From: Proteromonas lacertae
Taxonomy: Eukaryota
Direction of reading: 5' to 3'
Length of the DNA: 23,314 nucleotides
NCBI GenBank assembly: GCA_002245135.1
Contig: NGBS01001188.1
Location: forward strand, 62,001 to 85,314
The notes under the pieces were generated by a model. The model had not been told where the DNA came from, did no database searches, and saw only the letters and a list, made by a program, of their open reading frames with translations. Of the stretch, positions 1-9,400 are shown piece by piece. The position numbers were made by a program, and so were the translations under genes. Position 1 is the first letter of the stretch; the number at the start of each line of letters is the position of its first letter.

Positions 1-519
1 TGGGTGGTATTAGATTCAACAATTAACAGTGATATGATTGAAATGTATGCTGACACATCGTCAAGAGGTGGAGTATTAGAACCAGCTGGTACAACTGAGA
101 TAAAATATCGTATTGGTGATATATTGAAAACAGCTCATCGTTTAGATAAAACTTTACAAGAATATGATTTAGAATTATGTAATAATACAGAATTGAAAGA
201 AGAAGAAAAGAAAGTGATATTAGAAAAGATAAAAAGTCGTGAAGAGCTATTATTAACTACTTATAGACATATCGCAGAATCATTTGCTGATTTACATGAT
301 ACTCTAGGTAGAATGTGTGAGAAAGGAGCAATAAATAGTCGTTTTAATGGTATTAGAAAGAAGTTTATAACGAAGAATGTAGAATCCAATGCTAGTGAAG
401 ACACTAAAACATCAATTGATAGTCTTTTTAATGTTGTTAATCATTTAAATAAGAATTCAATGGAAGTTAATATTGTTAATATAAGAAATGCTTTAAGAAA
501 GAAATTTACATTTCAATAA
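1..519 (+). CDS. ACC: Acetyl-CoA carboxylase, C-terminal carboxyltransferase part (5'-partial; the C-terminus may be internally deleted)
   Basis: The frame from position 1 reads WVVLDSTINSDMIEMYADTSSRGGVLEPAGTTEIKYR...RE.LLL..Y..IA..FADLHDT.GRM..KGAI. These are the hallmark motifs of the eukaryotic ACC CT domain. It ends at TAA 517-519. Confidence 0.9.
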   Translation, partial: WVVLDSTINSDMIEMYADTSSRGGVLEPAGTTEIKYRIGDILKTAHRLDKTLQEYDLELCNNTELKEEEKKVILEKIKSREELLLTTYRHIAESFADLHDTLGRMCEKGAINSRFNGIRKKFITKNVESNASEDTKTSIDSLFNVVNHLNKNSMEVNIVNIRNALRKKFTFQ

Positions 520-656
520 TTAAAATTATTGTTATTATTATTTCCAGATTTTCATTTTTTTTGTTATTAAATTTACTCTTTTTTCTTTTTTAAATTAATT
601 CAAAAAAAACAAATAAAAATGTTTAAGTGAAGATTTATTAATAAAATGGTAATAAA

Positions 657-1753
657 CAGTGTTGTATTTTTCGGTCAAAAAATATAGGTTTAGTTGACCT
701 CCTATTGAACATGAGTTAAGAAGCATATAATCTAACCATATATACAAAATTAATGTTTTATACATCATCTTTCAAATATCAAATTTGACAGTCGGTCGAT
801 GCGCTTTTTATATTACTATTATTTTGATGTAATTCTCAATGATGACTCACAGTAACATATAATCAACATAATATTAAATTAATTATAGAATAAAAAAAAT
901 AAAAGAAAAAACATCAAGCTTGATGGTTTGACTAAGTAAATCTTTATTTTTTAAGATTTAGATCATTTAAATGTATAATTACTCAATATTTATAAGACTT
1001 TATAATATATGAAACTATAGGGATATCACATTACCCCCTATCGCATCAAAAGAGTTGTGCATTTATTCAATTGTTGTATGTTAGAGAAGTAACATTTTAA
1101 CTACTTCAAAATGTTTTGGAAAACGTGATTAAAATAAAATATTCAGATTATTACATATGGTAAAAGCCAAAGTCAATTCAGATTCCGTCAACAAAGATCT
1201 ATTTAAATTAATAACCTTCAATGCAGTCAGTACAATATTAGACTTACCAGAATTTAGAAGGTTTTGCTTCAAACTAGGATATATTATACCTCTAAGAGAG
1301 TTTTATAATGCTTATTTATTTTCAGAAACTGAGAAAGTAAGAGACTTATTGAAGACAAATCATTAATATCCAAAAATAGATATCTATTATTATAATTACA
1401 ATAATATTTGTTTTTTAGAGATAGTAATCAATATAAATTAATCATCAAAATAACTTGTTGTTTATAAATATGTTAAATATCACTATTGAGTAGTTTGTAG
1501 ATGAATTTTAATATATTAGTATAGATATTTATATAATTTCAACCAATCTTATTCTAACTATGGTAATTAAAGTAAAACAAGAAGCAGGAATAATATTTTA
1601 TATAGTATGATAGTTTGTATTAAACAAATGTTACTCAGTATGTAATTAAAATAGATTTTAACAAAATAATGCTCAAGGTTTGACCGACCGTCAGTCAAAG
1701 CTAGATTATAGGTTTTACCTATAACCTATAGGTTACCTATTTATACAACCCTG
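657..1753. mobile_element. Non-autonomous hAT-superfamily DNA transposon (1097 bp)
   Basis: TIRs are CAGTGTTGTAT (657-667) and ATACAACCCTG (1743-1753), matching 10/11. A perfect 8-bp TSD GTAATAAA flanks them (649-656 and 1754-1761). Subterminal TCGGTCA (671-677) and TGACCGA (1681-1687) are inverted copies. An internal transposase-like remnant is present. Confidence 0.85.
1157..1366 (+). pseudogene. hAT transposase N-terminal remnant
   Basis: ILDLPEFRRFCFKLGYIIPLREFYNAYLFSETEKVRDLLK resembles the 'v+...F..l...l...y.lPsr...l...y......lk' segment that follows the BED finger in hAT transposases. It lies between the TIRs. No DDE domain is seen. Confidence 0.55.
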
Positions 1754-1955
1754 GTAATAAATGAAAAAAATATCAATATTTCTATCTTTCTACTATTTCA
1801 TTTTTTATTTAACTGTAGATTATCATACTTATATTTCACATTACATTACCATATTCTTTTACAAATTTTAACATAAGATACTCATTCTGGAATAATCTAT
1901 TATATTTCTTGTAGATATAATAATAATTTACACTTTTAAATGGAGTATTTCTTAT

Positions 1956-2133
1956 TTTTTCTATATCCACATATCTTACATCATCATCTAAATAATACAA
2001 ACATATGCATTCAAATAAACTCACTGCATCTTACACAAATTCACAATTTCAACAGAACATAGAATTATAAACCAATCATTTTTAATACAAATTATTTAAA
2101 ACATCATCAGGTTGTTTCACTCTGAAAAGGATT
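1956..2133 (-). repeat. Diverged dispersed repeat, copy A (degenerate coding remnant)
   Basis: Three colinear blocks are shared with 10757-10979: TATCTTACATCATCAT, ATCTTACACAAATTCACAATTT and CATCAGGTTGTT(T/C)CACTCTGAAAAGGATT. Confidence 0.75.
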
Positions 2134-2149
2134 GTATTTCACTACTTAT

Positions 2150-2225
2150 CAGGGTTGTATAAATCGGTAATGACTTTTTGGTGAAATTTATCTAACTTAG
2201 GTTTTCAAAATTTCATTGACCGATA
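2150..2225. mobile_element. Orphan hAT terminus of the same family
   Basis: CAGGGTTGTATAAATCGGTAA (2150-2170) matches the reverse complement of 1733-1753 at 20/21. Subterminal TGACCGA is at 2217-2223. No partner end was found in the window. Confidence 0.75.
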
Positions 2226-2609
2226 AACAATTTTAGTAACTATTAACTGAATTCTTTTATAGTATGTGTTTCTATTCATAAAGTCATCTCGAAGGATCAT
2301 TCAAATTCACATTAATGTATTTAAATCTTGTTTCCTGTTGTTTAACTACAATAAATAAATTCATATCATATGCAAATAGACACCGATTCACAAAATGCTA
2401 ACCTTCATCTGGTTATGTATCATACAAAAAACGAAATGCAAAGTAATAATTTTAAAAGATTTAATTGGTTAATTTATTAAGCTATTTGATTGGCTACACT
2501 TGGAGCTATATGATTGGCTATTCATTCTCATTATTATTGTTTTTTATCTCAGCTATTAGTTATGTTAAAGCTATTAAAACAGGATTTAAATAATTTATAG
2601 AAGAACAAG

Positions 2610-5600
2610 ATGGTTGTGGTGAATCCAAAAGTTTGTAAAGTCTCTGCAGATACTGCAATGAGTGGTATTAGGCCTAATAAAATCGAAGGAGTGGAGGATT
2701 ATTGTTACACAATATCAGAAATGACGAGAGAAAGTGTATATCATTATAAATTTCTCGTTGTTCAATTTAATCAACAAATATGCTTTGGTTATTATCAGTC
2801 ATATAGAAACAGATTTGCTTACATCAAATTATCAGGTGAATTTCCTGAGGTGATTAAAGTTTGTGAAGGTGAGAAGGAGGTGAAAATATTACAGATAAAT
2901 ATGCATGGTAAAAATGATGCTGAATATGAATTAATATTCGATATGAAAGATTTAACTATGTCGATAAGATATGAAGATGGAAAAACAATACAAGTGTTTG
3001 AAGATATACCAGATTCAATTTATCCATGTTTTATTTTACATGATGATAATGAAGTTAAATTGACAGATTTCAGGATTACTCCATCAGTTTTAATACAAAG
3101 ATCAAGAATTGTTAAAGTTAAAATTGAAAATGATGGTATTGTTTCTTTTGAAAAAGATTTAAAAGACCTATACAAGAATGAATATATGAAGAAGGTAAAT
3201 GATGTGATCCAATACACTGTTGTTGATAGCTCATTCAAAGATAGAGGTAAAGGTAAATGTAATTATGTTATAAATGAAGTAATGAAAGAGGGAATTTATC
3301 ATTTTTATTATGAAACTATAGTAGTTGGTAAAGATTTTATAAGTTTAGGTTATATGTCTGATAAGAATAATCTATCAACAGCATCAGTGTTAAGTGTTGG
3401 TGAAGTAAAAGAAATATATGAATTAATATATGATATGATTGATAGTAAAATGTCAATTAAAAACAGAAATGGTGAAGAAAAATATTCAACCTCTATTTTA
3501 ACAACACCAATTTATCCATACATTAAAGTTAAGGATAGTGAAGTAGAATTAATAGAGTATTATAAAGAAAATGATGATTATCAGGCATACAATGATATTT
3601 CCTTATATAGAAATACGAATATTTATAAAATGAATGAATACAAAGAATATGAAATAATTACTAAAGTAAATGCACCAAATACAATTTGTGGTATATATAA
3701 TTATGAAAAGTATTATGTAAAAGATTTATTGGAAAAAATAAACACTGATATTACCCCAATAAAAGATATTATAAAATCCAGATTTATGCTAAATGATAAC
3801 CAAAAGAAATATATAACTAAAAGTGGTATTATAGATTTAGAAGTATTTTTAAACTGTTATGGTGATGAGAATATAAATCTAGATATACCAAATAGTTTTG
3901 TGAAAGTAGTGAATAATTTGGATATTGTTTACCATTATAAACTTAAGGAAGATGGTAGTATTGTTGAAAGTGGTGAAACAAAGAAATATTTAGAATTTAG
4001 ATCTGCAGATATTGGTGTCTTTCAGTTTCCTATGAATGAAATTTACATTAGAGATAATTACTATACAATGTTTGAAGATATTTTTAAACTTATAAAAGTG
4101 TATAAATATGTTATAGTAATAGGTCATCCAGGTATTGGTAAAACATCGTTTATATATGTTTTACTATACTTTATAAAGAATTTACTGAAGATAGAAGAGT
4201 TGATTGAAGAAATAGAACATTTTCAGCAACAGTTGGGAGATTATACAAGCGAGTTAATAGAAGCAGAAACAAATGAAATAGAAACGATTATGAAATCTAC
4301 AAATTGTAATTATGATTTGAGTAAACTATTTCATGATAGTATTGTAGGTTATACATATAGAAGAAAGTACAAAGATATTTATGTAATAAAAGGAAAGAGA
4401 CATGGAACTCCAAAAGAAAAGGAAATATATTTATTTAGGGATGGTTATATTTTTAAAATTAGTATTAACGTGAAAGATATTAATCATTCGATAATAATAG
4501 TTGATACTATTAATGAAAAATTCGGAAATGATAATAAAATCATATCAATAAGTTCACCTGATAGTAACAACTATAAAAACTACAGACAAGGAATTCTAGA
4601 TTATAAAGAATTATATTTAGATTCTTTAAATGATATAGAAATTAAGGAATGGTTTAAGTATTGTATTGGATTTAATATTAGAGTTGATAGTGATGATTTT
4701 GAGAAAATATGTAAAAGATATGGTAATATTCCTCGACACATATATTACAATTATTTGTATGAAGAAAATTATAAAGGACGCGATTATTGGAAATATTATA
4801 TACAGTTGATAGAAAGTGTTATAGGTACTATTGGTTATAAAAAGTTTGAAAAGGCATATCAAGATAAAATCAATTTAAAAACCTATCCTTTATTTAATCT
4901 TATTTTTAAATATAAATTAATAGATAAAATGGATAATTCATTAGGCCATTCTGTATTAGAACCAGAAAAAGAATTGATATATGTATCAAATTCAGTTAAA
5001 AATTATGTTAATTGTAAATTTTATCCACCTAAGGATGAATTGGAGTATAAACAAGTGGAACATATTTATAATGACAGTATTATTGATAAATATATCAGAA
5101 AAATGGCATTAAAGCAATTAATTGCATATGATTTGAGTATTAAAAAGGTTAAGCTGAATGAAGATACCAACAATAGAGATGATGGAGATGACGAAGAATA
5201 TGATGAATCTGATAATAGTAATGATATTTATCCTGATTTGAAATTAGATTATAAAAAAGAACTGTCTATTTATTATCATATAAATGCATCGAAACTTGTT
5301 TATTTTATTTTGGATGAAGATAATTACTTTGATCTTATTATGGATAAGGTGTTTATAAAAGTCTTACTAGACACTGAATTATTTGAAAAAGATAAAATAC
5401 CAGAAAAAATTGAGAAACATATGAAAGAATCTATAAGAGTATAGATATATTATTTATATTTATAATAAAATAGCAGTACAGTGGAAATAGAAATGGTTTA
5501 TTTAAATATTGTATAATAAAATACAAGCAACCACCTATATTTATTGAACGATTCTCAGTTGAAGCTTCACCACCAACACCAATAATACCAACAACACCAG

Positions 5601-6241
5601 TAGAAGAAGATTTTGATGTATATTTGGGAGAAAGTGATGAAAAATATTTAATGAGAAATTGTTTTGATAAAATGTTGAATATTATTTGTGAAAATAATTT
5701 TAAATTTCCACATCAAAGGAATTTTTTAATATTTGGTAATAGTGGAATAGGAAAAAGAGTGCTAGCTAACATTCTTAAGAAAAAACTTGAAGAAGTGCAA
5801 AATACATTTGAAGTGTATTTAGATCATCGAAGAGGACAATCTGAACATAGTGATATAATTAGTGATAATAAACCATATATTGTTGTTGTTGATGGACCAG
5901 CTGTTGGTGAAGATGATTATGCTGATGCTAAAATGGTTATAATGTTAGCCAACCCTTCTGATGAAAAATGTAAAACATTTCAAAGTAAAAGATGTCCATT
6001 GTTGATGTATATACCTCCATTTACAAAAGAAGAAGTAGTAAAAGTAGTAAAATTGAAAGTTGGAAAATTTAAAGATAGTTACGAAACATTCACAAACTAT
6101 AACTCAATAAATGATGGAATAAGAGTTAGTGTAGATGGGTTAAAAGAAATAATAAATTCATATCTAGATAACTATGAATATTATGGAGGTATAATAGGAA
6201 ATTATTATAAAATAAATAAGATAATCTCGCAACGGAAATGA
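2610..6241 (+). CDS. SPRY-like x2 plus tandem Crinkler/RHS-type P-loop NTPase protein; exons 2610-5438 and 5474-6241, ~1198 aa
   Basis: A 35-nt phase-0 intron GTATAG...AATAG (5439-5473) joins the 944-aa and 205-aa ORFs in frame without stops. NTPase 1 reads IYIRDNY..VIVIGHPGIGKT..IIIVD..ISSPD..Y..LYL..RYGNIPRHI. NTPase 2 reads YLMRNCF..LIFGNSGIGKR..IVVVDG..LANP..MYIPPFTKEEV..YYGGI. Confidence 0.8.
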
Positions 6242-6410
6242 TGTAAGAAATTAGATCTAAAAAGAAAAGATGATAAAGACTTGGATGATAATATGATATT
6301 GATGTATTGTAGTATAGAAATTACAATTATCGTTAAACATAGTTATACACCTCAAATGATAATGATTTTACAAATTTTATATTATTATCATCTCAATACA
6401 TTTTACAAAA

Positions 6411-6482
6411 AAGCATTTCTTTGTTTCTTGGCTTGATGTATATTTGGCTTGATGAAATTCTAGAATTTTCTAATTTTCTAAA
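6411..6482 (+). promoter_or_regulatory. Putative core promoter of CTR9 (TTGGCTTGAT x2 plus TTCTAGAA)
   Basis: TTGGCTTGAT is at 6428-6437 and 6444-6453, and TTCTAGAA at 6458-6465, 17 nt before ATG 6483. The same module recurs before other ATGs in the window. Confidence 0.55.
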
Positions 6483-9400
6483 ATGTTTATCGAAGATGAT
6501 ATAGAAGTTTATATTCCAATGAAAGATGGTGAAGTAAATGTAAAGGTTTCATTGAAAGATTATGAAACTGTAGAAGAGATATTATTATCAGAATTACCAC
6601 TTCTAAATATATGGATCTATATTTCTGTATTTATGTAATATAATATTCAATTTAAATAGATTACTTATTATATGCGGAGTGAATATGATAAAACTGAGAA
6701 GCTGTTACATTTATTAGCAGATGGTAAGAATAATGAAGTGAATGAAGAATACAAAGATGATCTTAAAGGAAAGATAATGGTTTTATGTTATTTATCTTCG
6801 TATTATTCTGTGTTAGCCTTCAATTCAAAAGATGATACAGGAAAGAAAGAAGAATTGTACAACAAAGCTATATTGTATTCCTCTCAAGTTAATGAATTAG
6901 AACGTAAAACTGATCAATCTTCTCTCTCTTGGGTATGTAGAGGTTATCAATATTTATTTAAAAAAGATAAAGAAAATCCTCAGCAAGAATTTACAAATGC
7001 ATTAAAAAAGAAAAGTAATTGCTTACCAGCATTAATTGGAATGGCATGTTTATTCTATCGATCAGGCGATTATCAATCAGCATTAGGTCAATATAAACAA
7101 GCTTTACAAAGTAGTCCAAATTGCCCAGCCTCAGTAAGAGTAGGCATAGGGTTATGTAATTATAAACTCAATAATATTGAATTTGTATATGATTTATTTA
7201 TAATTTAATAGGCAAAGAAAGCATTTGAAAGAGCATTAGCAATTGATCCAAACAATGTAGATGCATTAGCGTGTTTAGCAATGTTAAAGAAATCCAATGT
7301 AAAAGGTGATAGAAAGAATAATTATAAAGAAGTTCATGATTTATTAAATAAATCATATCAGTTGAATCACAAGAATCTTTTAGTTTTAAGCCAGTTAGCA
7401 GTATAGATTTTATTACCTATGTTATGATAATAGGATTATTTATTCTTCTACAGTTGGACTCAAGGTGGAGGTGCTAAAGTAGTAAATGGATCAAATAAAA
7501 TCATAACAACCAGTTTATTAAGTGATTATATAGTGAAAGGCCATCAAATTCGATTGAATAATGTTCCTTATAGAGTAAAAGAGATTAAAGAAGATACTAT
7601 AATATTAGAATCATCTTATACAGGAGAAACATCGAATAATGTAGAAGTGACTTATAAAAACTATAAGAAAGTAATAGATTTAGCTTTAAATAGTACAAAT
7701 TATACTGATGATGATCATATTAAAGGTGAAAGCTACTATTTTATAGCTAGAGCCTATCATATTTTGGGTGATTATAATTCAGCTACTGCTTATTACACTA
7801 ATGTATATATATATATATATATTAATTATATTATCTCTCATTTTTTTAATAGTCTCCAATTTAAAATTTGAGTTAGCTTATTATGGATTAGCCCAAATGG
7901 CATATTATAAAGGTGAATTACGTGAAGCGAAAGCTCATTTACATACATTATTGCAATATCATCCAGAATGTACTGAAGCCAGAGAATTTTATGGAATAAT
8001 AGTAAAGTCATTAAAAGCAGACACAGACGAATTTATAAAGATATTGAAGGCTGAACCAAATCATATAAATGCGCTGATTTATCATGCTTCTTATTTAATG
8101 AAAAGTCCATATACGAAAGTGCAACAAGAAGCATGTAAAACATTTGAAAAAGCAATTCAATTGTCTGAACAAAGAAATAAGCCAATATTATTTGAAGTGT
8201 TATTCAATGTAGCAGCTTTATATCATAAGTTAAAAGATTATAACAATTCAGAGTTTTATTATCAAAGAGTATACATAATATATATTATTTAGGCTATAAA
8301 ACAATATTGTGATAAAAATAATATCGAAATTGATAATAAAGAATATAGTCATTTATTGAGAGAAGAATTGATAAGTGTTGCTTATAATTATGCTTTATTA
8401 AAAGAATCACTTGTATATTTATATAATATGTAATATATGAATAGGGTGAATGGGAAAAATTAAATGAGAGTTTAGATGATATTGAGAATATATGTTCTAT
8501 AATGGGAACAAATGATGAAATTAAAACATCAAAAGTATAAATGCAAATATTAATAATATATATAATTGTTTAATAGTATAAAATGGAGTGTTATAAAAAG
8601 GCTCAATTAATGAAATACAAAATATTAACAATAAAGAATATGACAAATGATGCTAAGCAGGTACTTAACAAATTACTAGAATTAAACAAAATAGATTCAT
8701 ATTTATTATTAGAGAAAGCTAATTTCCATTTTCAAAATGCTGGAACTCAAGCTAGATATGTGAATGGATTAATGAAAGCAGCTGAAGGATATAAAGAAGC
8801 ATTGAAATGTAATAAATATAATGTATATACTGTTAATGGCTTAGCAATGATTTTAGCTGAACAAGGACTATTAAATGTATATCTATATTATTATTTATTT
8901 TATAATATATATAGGAAGCATCAAATCTATTTCAAATAATAAAAGAATCCATTCGAGAAGTTCCATCCTCTTATTTCAATCAAGCAATAATCATGAGAGC
9001 TCAAGGTAAAACTCAAGATTCAATCGAAGCAATGAAAAGTTATATAAAGCGATTTAATAATCCAACGAATTATGAACCATATTTATACTTAGCTCGTGCT
9101 TTATATGATAATAAACAGTTTAAAGAGTTAATAACAATTTATACGAAATGTATTCAAATGGATCCTACTGTATATATATGTCTAATATATTGTTATATTT
9201 ATGTAATAGAATATAAAATTATGGTATAATTTAGCCATTTCTCATACTCAATATGCTGCTTTTATTATCACAGTTGAGAAAGTTCATATGTTAGAATTTG
9301 ATGAAGTGAAAGGTGCATATCCCTGTTGTGGTAGAGAGAAAGGTGAAGAAGGATGTACAACAAGTAGACAACGTACAGTTCAAGAAGTAGCTTCTGCAGT

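Noticed and set aside
3020..4862. Short minus-strand ORFs 3020-3238 and 4626-4862 (likewise 9268-9471, 9839-10051, 21563-21781, 21849-22046 and plus-strand 12118-12354, 12592-12789)
   Set aside because: They are antisense shadows of real coding frames and show no motifs.
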